From positions 1 through 36,779 of the IMG/VR virus record IMGVR_UViG_3300043420_000100: DNA of 36,779 nucleotides. The stretch is one strand, 5' to 3'. The DNA comes from a virus. Lineage: Duplodnaviria; Caudoviricetes. Of the stretch, positions 27,363-35,615 are shown piece by piece. Every line of letters begins with the position of its first letter. The first letter of the stretch is position 1. Under the pieces are notes generated by a model. It had not been told where the DNA came from, made no database searches, and worked only from the letters and a program-made list of their open reading frames with translations. The position numbers and the translations under genes were made by a program.

Positions 27363-27690
27363 TGCGGCAGTCCTCCAAATATTTTTCGTACTCGTCATCG
27401 ATGACAGCTTGCATTTCCTTTTCATCTTCAGGTAGAAGCTCATCATGTCTCTCACCTTCCATGTCACCACCGTTGGTGTGCTTAACCTCAACACCATCAG
27501 CACTGAACAGGATAGCCACAGGTCTACACTCCTCGTAGTCCTGCCCGTTGTAATACTTCCACTCACATTCCTCGTCGAAGTCGAGTGTCACGTAGTATCT
27601 GATTGATAGTGTCTCAGTCCAAGCAAAGTCGAACCAACACTTTCCTGCAGGGAAATCACATTCCCAATTCTCTAGCACCAAGTCACTCAT
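27346..27690 (-). CDS. Hypothetical acidic protein
   Basis: 114 aa, very D/E-rich; GAGGAG RBS. Confidence 0.7.
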   Translation of the reverse strand: MSDLVLENWECDFPAGKCWFDFAWTETLSIRYYVTLDFDEECEWKYYNGQDYEECRPVAILFSADGVEVKHTNGGDMEGERHDELLPEDEKEMQAVIDDEYEKYLEDCRNDYYD

Positions 27691-27692
27691 GA

Positions 27693-28340
27693 TTAGCTCC
27701 TCTTCTTAACGTGTTCGATGATGCAGTCAACGTCGTTGTGCTCGTAGCATACACGGCATTCGATACACTTCTGCCCAGTGCAGTTAGCATCGCCAGTATA
27801 ATCTTTAGGCACGTTGTTGAACACCTTGTCAAACCCAGCAGGTGGATGATGAAGGATACGATCAAGCCTAGGGTTGCTGAATATCAGGATGATGTTGCTC
27901 GGCAAGTCACCGACGTGCTTGCGGTACTCGTTCACAATGTCCTTGCGCTTAGTCCACAACCCAAAGTTACACCACGGGTTAGACTCTGCGATCAACACTA
28001 GGTTGTGCAGGTGTTGAACATTGATCAGCTCACCGTGCCCATCGTATCGAAACCATCGCTCATTAAGAACAGGGATCTCATCAGGCAACAAGGCACGGCT
28101 AGACAACAAGTCACTGTTACGCTGGAACGACGGCTGACAATTCTTGCGAGAGCCAGACAGCATATCCTTACTGTAGCAGTGAGTGCAGATGACATCTTCA
28201 TCGCCAGTCGAGTACATCTTCTCGCAGAATTCATTAGTCATCGTGTTGGTATTGATCGCGCTGATACCTTTCAGCTTGCCAGACATCACGGAGATGTGCA
28301 CCTTTGCAGGTACACGATCCGTTGCAATTACGTTACGCAT
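27693..28340 (-). CDS. Cys-rich, radical-SAM-related (GP88-like) protein
   Basis: SGK...C-x12-CTHCYS, FRYDGHGE, LWTKR, NIILIFS and a terminal C-x4-CIECRVC. Confidence 0.65.
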   Translation of the reverse strand: MRNVIATDRVPAKVHISVMSGKLKGISAINTNTMTNEFCEKMYSTGDEDVICTHCYSKDMLSGSRKNCQPSFQRNSDLLSSRALLPDEIPVLNERWFRYDGHGELINVQHLHNLVLIAESNPWCNFGLWTKRKDIVNEYRKHVGDLPSNIILIFSNPRLDRILHHPPAGFDKVFNNVPKDYTGDANCTGQKCIECRVCYEHNDVDCIIEHVKKRS

Positions 28341-28518
28341 CGCTAGTCTCCTCATCCATCATACGGTTATGTGCAGTCGCCAGAAAGTTATGCGTCATCA
28401 TCATAACGATTGTTGCGTTGGCACGTTCAGCTTCAGGCAGTGAAGCAATGAAGTCATTGACCTGACCGTAGTTGTCAGGCACACGACACAAATCGATTGT
28501 TGGTATACGTTCCATCAT
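28333..28518 (-). CDS. Hypothetical protein
   Basis: 61-aa ORF coupled to neighbours. Confidence 0.6.
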   Translation of the reverse strand: MMERIPTIDLCRVPDNYGQVNDFIASLPEAERANATIVMMMTHNFLATAHNRMMDEETSDA

Positions 28519-28760
28519 TATTCTCCCACATAAACTTCAGTTACACGTCGAACGATAAAGGCTACGTCAGCCTCTTCATCTTGAGACGGGTTAAAGAATA
28601 CCTCTTGATCGCGGTCAATAGTGATACGATCAGCCGACAGTGAACGCCACCCATCAAGTGCTTTGAGTGCACCCTCAAGCGTAGTGAATAGGTCAGCGTA
28701 TGAGCGATAGCCGTTAGCCGTGTTAAGGTGGCGGATGGTTTCAAGTTGATATACAGTCAT
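28518..28760 (-). CDS. Hypothetical protein
   Basis: 80-aa ORF with GGAG RBS. Confidence 0.65.
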   Translation of the reverse strand: MTVYQLETIRHLNTANGYRSYADLFTTLEGALKALDGWRSLSADRITIDRDQEVFFNPSQDEEADVAFIVRRVTEVYVGE

Positions 28761-28786
28761 TTCAATTCTCCCGATAGAGCGATAGC

Positions 28787-29293
28787 TTATGCTACCGCGT
28801 TAATGTCAGCTTTGATTAGGCGTTCAAGTTTGCTGATCATCTCAAGCGTATGGTCTTCAGAGCCCTCTTTGATAGTCTCTTTATCAAAGGCCGAGCGAGC
28901 CGCCTTGATTAGTGCCTCGATCTTAGAGTCAATATCGTATTCAGGTTTAGTCGCTGACTGTTTGGTAAAGTCAAACCAAGTCTCTTCAGGTTCAGTCACC
29001 AACACTGGCGCGGCTTTGGTTTTCTTTTTAAACACTGGTTCCTTGTCTTTTTCCGCAACCCATTTAACGTTAGCGTGGGCAGTGATATAGCGTTGAACAT
29101 CTTGAGCCTTGACACTACGCGCCTTGCTAGCCGCGTTTAAAGCTTTAGTCAGGAACGACGCATCACCGTGATTTTCGTAATAATCGAACCCCATTTCTAG
29201 TGCAGTTTGTAGGCGATCCGCGACAATGTTGCCAGAGCGAACTACTGTTTGAATTGAAGCGGTGAAGGTTTCTTTATTGAATTGAGTTTTCAT
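28787..29293 (-). CDS. First early gene, hypothetical
   Basis: MKTQFNK...; GGAG RBS before ATG 29293. Confidence 0.72.
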   Translation of the reverse strand: MKTQFNKETFTASIQTVVRSGNIVADRLQTALEMGFDYYENHGDASFLTKALNAASKARSVKAQDVQRYITAHANVKWVAEKDKEPVFKKKTKAAPVLVTEPEETWFDFTKQSATKPEYDIDSKIEALIKAARSAFDKETIKEGSEDHTLEMISKLERLIKADINAVA

Positions 29294-29515
29294 TTTGACG
29301 TTCTCCATTGTAAGGTCAATATGATGCATTGTTGCACCCAGAAAGCCCCTCTACATACCTTGGGAAGGGCTTTGAAGTTGCATCCGTTGCAATCCGTTTC
29401 ACTTCTTTATAGTGGTCAGTTTAGGTGTCATCTATCCCCCTTGGTAGGATAAAGCCGCACCATATTCACCCACTACTCGCAATTGTAGCTTGTCAGGCCT
29501 TGCAAGATTTCCCAT

Positions 29516-29529
29516 ATTGTTAAAGAGCG
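29516..29529 (-). promoter_or_regulatory. boxA antitermination element (downstream copy)
   Basis: CGCTCTTTAACAAT on the minus strand. Confidence 0.8.
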
Positions 29530-29717
29530 TCGCTCCAATCTAACCCCGAATGAAAACCTTTTGAACGCAGATCAACCGAAAACCCAGAGGGAGCAACCAA
29601 GGTTGCTATGCTATAGGGAGGCCAGCTTCACTAGACTTACATCATCCAATAATCAGCTCCGAATCAAGCGCGTCAAAGTCCCATAGGGCGAGCACAAGCT
29701 TCAGCTTTGGAGGTCAG

Positions 29718-29731
29718 ATTGTTAAAGAGCG
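29718..29731 (-). promoter_or_regulatory. boxA antitermination element (upstream copy)
   Basis: Identical CGCTCTTTAACAAT, 23 nt downstream of a predicted -10. Confidence 0.8.
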
Positions 29732-29754
29732 GTATCAATCACTTGATGTTGCAC

Positions 29755-29783
29755 AGGTTAATTCCTATCGAATCACTTGTCTA
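29755..29783 (-). promoter_or_regulatory. Early sigma70-type promoter
   Basis: TAGACA-17 bp-TAACCT on the minus strand. Confidence 0.62.
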
Positions 29784-30119
29784 ATACCGATTCCTCATAA
29801 GCATATAACTTTTTTGCATAAGTCTTTTTTATATATGTAGACAGTCTGATCTTGACCTATAGAACTACGTATCAATTGTCAATCCCCTCACATAGAACCA
29901 TTTGGAATAACATATAACCATTTGTTTGGTACTTCTCTCTAGCCCAGTAAAACCGTTTAAGGCCTACCTACCGCCCAGAGCTAAAACGTCTCTACGGGGC
30001 TATTTGAGGCCTTCTCGAGCTTAGACTGTTTTGTTCTATCAACTGGGGATTCTTATAACCGTTTGTCCTTACTGTATAGATGTACAGTATTGATACCTGT
30101 ATCGTCGCTCCGCTCCTAG

Positions 30120-30164
30120 CTTCACATAACTTCACACTCACTTCACATTCACTTCATTGTGAAC
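30120..30164 (+). repeat. Short tandem repeat array
   Basis: CTTCACATAA-CTTCACACTCA-CTTCACATTCA-CTTCATTG. Confidence 0.8.
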
Positions 30165-30398
30165 TGGGTGCGAAGGTTTCATGTAGTATAGGGTGCTTAC
30201 TGTATACATATACATTGCTGTATAGAACACTGTATAATATTAATGTAGCACTTTAACTTCATTGTCAGTGTGTACTAACTAACTTATCAGCGCGTAGTCA
30301 CTGGGGAGGGTACTGGGTAGGGGCGGGGGAGGGGGCTAAGGGTGTGCAGGTAGTGGTGCTCCTTCTCAGACACAAAAAAGAGGTAAAATAGACCACTA

Positions 30399-30417
30399 AA
30401 TAAGAATGATTCTCATT
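30399..30417. promoter_or_regulatory. Fur-box-like 9-1-9 palindrome
   Basis: AATAAGAAT-G-ATTCTCATT; 15/18 match to AATGATAAT-N-ATTATCATT. Confidence 0.5.
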
Positions 30418-30532
30418 AGCTATAAAGCTCAATAAGCCCTTGAAAACTAAAAAGAACTGCGGAGTAAGGGGCTCACTACCCAGACCCGCCAGTAAAGCTA
30501 ATTAAAGGCAGGGGAATTAGACTAGAAAGTAC

Positions 30533-30561
30533 TTGACAAATTAGTAAAAGTATGCTAGTAT
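30533..30561 (+). promoter_or_regulatory. Sigma70-type promoter for the packaging/structural arm
   Basis: TTGACA-17 bp-TAGTAT with TGn. Confidence 0.78.
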
Positions 30562-30669
30562 TAGACATACTATGTAGGAAAACAAGAAGACAACGCGATT
30601 CACATTATCATCCATCGAATAACCCTCTTGTCTTGAACTACATTGTTCTCTAAATAGTAGATAAAGAAC

Positions 30670-31059
30670 ATGACAGAAGAAGTTAAACGTAGACGTGGTC
30701 GTCCCCCTAAGACTGATGTCTTGGAAAATAAGAAAGGTAATCGCGTAGCTAGAGGTAGACCTAAAGGCGACGCTGCTATTATTAATGAATACAAAGCACG
30801 TATGCTTGCGTCACCTAAAAGTGCTAAGGTCTTGGAAAAGATCTTTGAAGCTGCCTTAGATGATGAGCATAAACATCAAGCAGCTGCGTGGAAAATAATT
30901 ACTGATCGCGTTGTTCCTACTGCAGCCTTCGAGAAGGATGTCGTGAAGGGAGCAGGGCGTAATGCTATACAGATTAATATTACTGGCGTTGGTGGTGAGA
31001 CTACTATCATCGGAGGCGATGACGATGCCATTGACGGAGAATACACAGATGTCGATTGA
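30670..31059 (+). CDS. terS: Terminase small subunit
   Basis: Two RGRP motifs, helical core and IQINITG tail; first gene of the arm, upstream of terL. Confidence 0.7.
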   Translation: MTEEVKRRRGRPPKTDVLENKKGNRVARGRPKGDAAIINEYKARMLASPKSAKVLEKIFEAALDDEHKHQAAAWKIITDRVVPTAAFEKDVVKGAGRNAIQINITGVGGETTIIGGDDDAIDGEYTDVD

Positions 31060-31870
31060 TAGCGATATTAAAAGTGCTTTACTGAGCTTAGAAGATACAG
31101 TTACTTCAGGCTACGTACCTACAAAAATAGTTAAAGATAAGAATGGCACTAAGAAAAAAGTAGCTATCGGTAAGTCTGGTGTTACTATTGCTAAAGGCTT
31201 TGACCTTGGGCAGCACAGCACTAAAGATTTATTCCGTTTGGGTATCCCACCTGATACGCTTGTAAAGTTAGTTCCTTATATGGAAAAGAAAGGAGCTGAC
31301 GCACAGAAAGCTCTTAACACTCAGCCATTAAACATCTCTGAAGATGAGATGAATACTATTAATGATTTGGTATACGCTGATCAAAAAGCTAAAGCAATTA
31401 AAGCATACGAAGATAATACTGGTTTTGCTTGGGATAACGTACCAGAAAACGTACAAGCTGGTTTAATCATCCAAGGCTTTAACATGGGTGAGGGTCTTTA
31501 CAAGAATAAAGGTAAAGAGACTAACTTCACTAAACAGTTACGTGAAGCAGCAATGAATGATGATTACGAAGCTGCTGCTCAGAACATGGCGAACTGGAAT
31601 CCATCATGGACACAGGGCGGTAATGATGGATTACTTAAACGTGCAAAAGCTGCTGCTGATGTAATGCTAGGTAATACAGCAGTTGCTGATATGGGTACAC
31701 GTGCTGACTATTATTTAGATGAGATGCGTAGTGGAAACGTAGCACGTAACTACAAACCAACAGCTCCAGCTCAGCCTGTACAAACTGAACAAGTTGTATC
31801 AGCAGATGAACTAAATGGTAGTAAGTCTTGGTATGACGATATGTTTAACACGCTTAAGGGTATGTTTTGA
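31049..31870 (+). CDS. Pesticin-like (T4 lysozyme fold) muramidase
   Basis: LE....GYVP...SGVTIAKGFDLGQ signature; GGAG RBS before ATG 31049. Confidence 0.78.
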   Translation: MSIDSDIKSALLSLEDTVTSGYVPTKIVKDKNGTKKKVAIGKSGVTIAKGFDLGQHSTKDLFRLGIPPDTLVKLVPYMEKKGADAQKALNTQPLNISEDEMNTINDLVYADQKAKAIKAYEDNTGFAWDNVPENVQAGLIIQGFNMGEGLYKNKGKETNFTKQLREAAMNDDYEAAAQNMANWNPSWTQGGNDGLLKRAKAAADVMLGNTAVADMGTRADYYLDEMRSGNVARNYKPTAPAQPVQTEQVVSADELNGSKSWYDDMFNTLKGMF

Positions 31871-33120
31871 CATCATTAAACGTACAGCTATTGAAGTGGC
31901 AGCAGGAAGTATTTGAGGATGAGACTCGATTTAAAATTGTTGCCGCAGGACGTCGTACTGGTAAGTCACGACTTGCTGCATGGAAGCTTATCCTTAATGC
32001 ACTTCAAGTTACACGTGGTCATGTCTTTTATGTAGCCCCTACTCAGGGTCAGGCTCGTGACATCATGTGGTCTACGTTGTTAGAACTAGGCCACGAAGTT
32101 ATTAAAAACGCACACATTAACAACCTACAAATCACGTTGATTAATGGTGCTACGATTTCATTGAAGGGTGCAGACCGTCCGGAAACCATGCGTGGTGTTA
32201 GCCTCAAGTACCTCGTGATGGATGAATACGCTGATATGAAGCCTAGTGTTTGGGAACAAATTCTCCGCCCAGCACTAGCTGACCAGAAGGGCGGTGCACT
32301 CTTCATTGGAACACCAATGGGACGCAACCACTTTTATGATCTCTACATGTACGGAGCTACTGCTAACGATCCTACTTACAAGTCTTGGCACTTTACTTCT
32401 TATGACAATGAGCTACTTGACCCCGAAGAGATCGACATGGCTAAGAAATCTATGTCATCGTTTGCGTTCAAGCAGGAATTCATGGCTTCGTTTGAAGCAC
32501 AGGGTTCTGAAATTTTTAAAGAAGAGTGGGTAGAGTTTGATGAAGAAGAACCGGATGACGGTGATTACTATATCGCTATCGACTTAGCTGGCTTTATCGA
32601 TGAGAGTAGTTCCTCTAAGAAGAACAAGCGACTCGACAACACTGCGATCTCAGTTGTAAAAGTAGGCCCAGAAGGCTGGTGGGTTGATGAAATAATCTAT
32701 GGCCGCTGGACGCTAGATAAGACAGCAGAGAAAATCTTTCACGCAGTAGACAAGTATCGTCCTGTCGCTGTGGGTATAGAACGTGGTATTGCTAAGCAAG
32801 CCGTGATGTCACCACTGATGGACTTGATGAAACGACGTAACAAGTTCTTCCGTGTAGAAGAATTAACACACGGTAACCAAAAGAAAACTGACAGGATTGT
32901 GTGGGCATTGCAAGGTCGCTTTGAACACGGCAATATAAAACTGAACAAAGGAGAATGGAATGCTGAATTTCTGGATCAATTGTTCCAGTTCCCAAATGCA
33001 CTAACCCACGATGACCTTGTGGACTCACTGGCATACATCGATCAAATGGCTCAGGTATGCTACAACTACGAATATGAAGAAGATGAGTGGGAAGCACTCG
33101 ATCCAATAACAGGATACTAA
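31867..33120 (+). CDS. terL: Terminase large subunit
   Basis: AGRRTGKS, LVMDE, GTPMG.N, IAIDLA and HDDLVD motifs. Confidence 0.96.
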   Translation: MTSLNVQLLKWQQEVFEDETRFKIVAAGRRTGKSRLAAWKLILNALQVTRGHVFYVAPTQGQARDIMWSTLLELGHEVIKNAHINNLQITLINGATISLKGADRPETMRGVSLKYLVMDEYADMKPSVWEQILRPALADQKGGALFIGTPMGRNHFYDLYMYGATANDPTYKSWHFTSYDNELLDPEEIDMAKKSMSSFAFKQEFMASFEAQGSEIFKEEWVEFDEEEPDDGDYYIAIDLAGFIDESSSSKKNKRLDNTAISVVKVGPEGWWVDEIIYGRWTLDKTAEKIFHAVDKYRPVAVGIERGIAKQAVMSPLMDLMKRRNKFFRVEELTHGNQKKTDRIVWALQGRFEHGNIKLNKGEWNAEFLDQLFQFPNALTHDDLVDSLAYIDQMAQVCYNYEYEEDEWEALDPITGY

Positions 33121-33121
33121 G

Positions 33122-35095
33122 ATGGATTTCAACGAAGATACCTCAGATAAGTTTGGTGATAGTCTCACCGCATGGGTAATGGATAAATGCGAAGATTGGC
33201 GCGATCATTATGATGTGACATATCGTGACAATCATGAAGAATACAACCGTCTATGGCGTGGCATCTGGGATGCTAATGACAAGATGCGTGACTCAGAACG
33301 TTCACGTATTATTAGCCCAGCATTGCAACAGGCTGTAGAAAGTAGCGTAGCAGAAGTAGAGGAAGCTACGTTTGGTCGTGGTAAATGGTTTGATATACGT
33401 GATGACAAAGCTGATCAAAACCCACAAGATATTCAAATTTTACGTACTCAACTCCAAGAAGACATGGAGTTCGTGAAGGCTCGTAAGAGCATTGCTGAGT
33501 GTATTTTGAATTCAGCTATCTACGGTACAGGTATTGGTGAGATCGTCCTTGAGGAGGTCACTGAGCTTGTTCCAGCTACACGTCCAGCTATGGATGGTGC
33601 TATGCGTGCCATTGGTGTTGAAGAACGTCAGCGTTTTGTAGCTAAACTTGTACCTGTACTACCACAGAACTTCCTTATTGACCCTGTTGCTACTACTATT
33701 GAGGAAGCACTAGGTGTTGCAATTGATAAGTTTGTACCTAAACACATCGTTGAAGAGGGTATTAGCTCTGGTATTTACTTCGATGTTGACCTAGAAGAAG
33801 CTACTGATGACGACAAGATTGCGTTTGACAGTGAAGAAGCTGGCTCAAACATGTCTGATAAGGTACGCCTAACTACTTACTACGGTAAAGTACCAGTAGA
33901 TTTGTACAATGAAGAGTTGTACGGTGAGGTAATGAGCGAAGAAGACGAAGAAGATATGGCTACTGGCAGCTATATTGAAGTCGTTGTTGTAATTGCTAAT
34001 GAATCTCAGCTACTAAAACTAGAAGCTAACCCTTACATGATGCAGGATCGCCCTGTTGTCGCGTTCTCTTGGGACAATGTACCGTCTCGCTTCTGGGGTC
34101 GTGGTGTTTGTGAGAAAGGGTATAACTCTCAGAAGGCTCTTGACACTGAACTACGTGCTCGTATCGATGCTCTTGCCCTAACAGTACACCCAATGATGGC
34201 TGTTGACGCTTCACGTCTACCACGTGGTGCTAAAATGGAGATCCGTCCGGGTAAAACACTGCTTACTAACGGTAATCCAGCAGAAATCCTACAGCCATTT
34301 AAGTTTGGAAACCTAGATCCTAACACGTTTAACCAAGCTGCAGCACTTCAGCAGATGGTTCAGCAGGCTACAGGTGCTATTGACACTGCAGGTATCCCAT
34401 CATTTGCCGGAAGCGAAGCGACTGCTGCTGGTATTAGCATGTCGTTAGGTGCAATCATCAAACGTCATAAGCGCACGTTGATTAACTTCCAAGATAGCTT
34501 CTTGATTCCGTTTGTAAGTAAGGCAGCGTGGCGTTACATGCAGTTTAATCCAGAACTTTACCCAGTTCAGGACTACAAGTTCATCTCTTCTAGCTCATTG
34601 GGCATTATTGCACGTGAATACGAAGTGACTCAGCTTGTGCAACTACTGCAAACTATGGGTCAGGATAGTCCACTATACCCTACGCTTGTTCAATCAATAA
34701 TTGATAACATGAACTTGAGCAACCGCGAAGAACTTATTGCAGCTATTCAGCAGGCATCGCAGCCTAATCCACAAGCACAGCAGATGCAGATGCAACAGAT
34801 GCAGTTGGCTATGCAGAAAGAGCAGGCTACATTGGATTACATCAAAGCACAGACTATGGAAATTCAGTCACGTATTGAGCAGAACATGGTTGAGACTCAG
34901 TTGCTACCATTTGATGCAGAATCACAACGTATCCGTAGTATGTCTGTTGGTATGCGTGATCAGGATGTTACGCAGCAAGACTTTGAGCAGAAAACTAAAG
35001 TTGCTGAACTTGCCCTTAAGGAGAAAGACCTTAAGATTAAAGAAGAAGCGATGCGTAACCAACTACGTATGGCAATGATGAAAGGAAATAACTAA
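33122..35095 (+). CDS. Portal protein
   Basis: 657 aa directly after terL; YGTGI, FWGRG and a Gln-rich helical C-terminal barrel. Confidence 0.9.
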   Translation: MDFNEDTSDKFGDSLTAWVMDKCEDWRDHYDVTYRDNHEEYNRLWRGIWDANDKMRDSERSRIISPALQQAVESSVAEVEEATFGRGKWFDIRDDKADQNPQDIQILRTQLQEDMEFVKARKSIAECILNSAIYGTGIGEIVLEEVTELVPATRPAMDGAMRAIGVEERQRFVAKLVPVLPQNFLIDPVATTIEEALGVAIDKFVPKHIVEEGISSGIYFDVDLEEATDDDKIAFDSEEAGSNMSDKVRLTTYYGKVPVDLYNEELYGEVMSEEDEEDMATGSYIEVVVVIANESQLLKLEANPYMMQDRPVVAFSWDNVPSRFWGRGVCEKGYNSQKALDTELRARIDALALTVHPMMAVDASRLPRGAKMEIRPGKTLLTNGNPAEILQPFKFGNLDPNTFNQAAALQQMVQQATGAIDTAGIPSFAGSEATAAGISMSLGAIIKRHKRTLINFQDSFLIPFVSKAAWRYMQFNPELYPVQDYKFISSSSLGIIAREYEVTQLVQLLQTMGQDSPLYPTLVQSIIDNMNLSNREELIAAIQQASQPNPQAQQMQMQQMQLAMQKEQATLDYIKAQTMEIQSRIEQNMVETQLLPFDAESQRIRSMSVGMRDQDVTQQDFEQKTKVAELALKEKDLKIKEEAMRNQLRMAMMKGNN

Positions 35096-35241
35096 TGGTA
35101 ACTCAGAAAGATCTACAAGATGTGGTTAAAGCATTGAACGAAGTGTTGCTCCACATAGATCAGAGGATTACTAAGCTAGAGGAGTTGGCTGCAAAGCCAG
35201 CTTCTCCACGTACAGTTAAAAAAGTTACAGAAAAAGCTTGA
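35095..35241 (+). CDS. Small coiled-coil protein (48 aa, absent from ORF track)
   Basis: TAATG coupling and AAGGA RBS; MVTQKDLQDVVKALNEV...EKA. Confidence 0.65.
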   Translation: MVTQKDLQDVVKALNEVLLHIDQRITKLEELAAKPASPRTVKKVTEKA

Positions 35242-35266
35242 CAAATTAGTAAAAGTATGTTAGGCT
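35238..35266 (+). promoter_or_regulatory. Sigma70-type promoter for the head genes
   Basis: TTGACA-17 bp-TAGGCT with TGn; 23 bp identical to the terS promoter. Confidence 0.8.
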
Positions 35267-35301
35267 ACATACACGTATAACACATAGAACGGACAAAGTC
35301 A

Positions 35302-35547
35302 ATGGCCCCCGAACTACAAAAGTACTTTGAGTCTTACTTTGATTTATTTCTAACTGATGGTTGGAAGCAATTCATGGAAGATGTAAAAGAAAGCGCAGAC
35401 TCATTTAACTTACGACACGTAGAGAATGAATCTGGACTTAAGTTTGCACAAGGACAACTTCTCATCCTTGACAGACTGATTAACTGGGAAGCGGGTATTC
35501 GTAATACCTACGACACAGTTCAAGAAGAAGAGAAGGAAGAAGAGTAA
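35302..35547 (+). CDS. Head-module hypothetical protein
   Basis: LF.TDGWK motif; lies between portal and scaffold. Confidence 0.75.
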   Translation: MAPELQKYFESYFDLFLTDGWKQFMEDVKESADSFNLRHVENESGLKFAQGQLLILDRLINWEAGIRNTYDTVQEEEKEEE

Positions 35548-35615
35548 ACTCACGGCTTGGGCAATGAGCCTCTTTTAATTTATTTCCACAATACTGTTAC
35601 AGTACGGAGTTTATA

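Noticed and set aside
29410-29510. Possible hatchet, HDV-like or hammerhead ribozyme in the early leader
   Set aside because: Only short superficial matches; the required pairings and catalytic cores could not be built by eye.
29854-29882. Second early promoter with TTGACA on the minus strand
   Set aside because: No good -10 at 16-18 bp spacing, so not listed as a feature.
30233-30238. Perfect TATAAT on the plus strand
   Set aside because: No -35 at the right spacing and no TGn; it is part of the CTGTATA repeats.
29330-30660. tRNA genes in the non-coding region
   Set aside because: No cloverleaf with a T-loop GTTC motif found by eye on either strand.
35554-35576. Hairpin GGCTT/GAGCC plus TCTTTT before the scaffold gene
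   Set aside because: A 5-bp stem inside the head operon is too weak to call a terminator.
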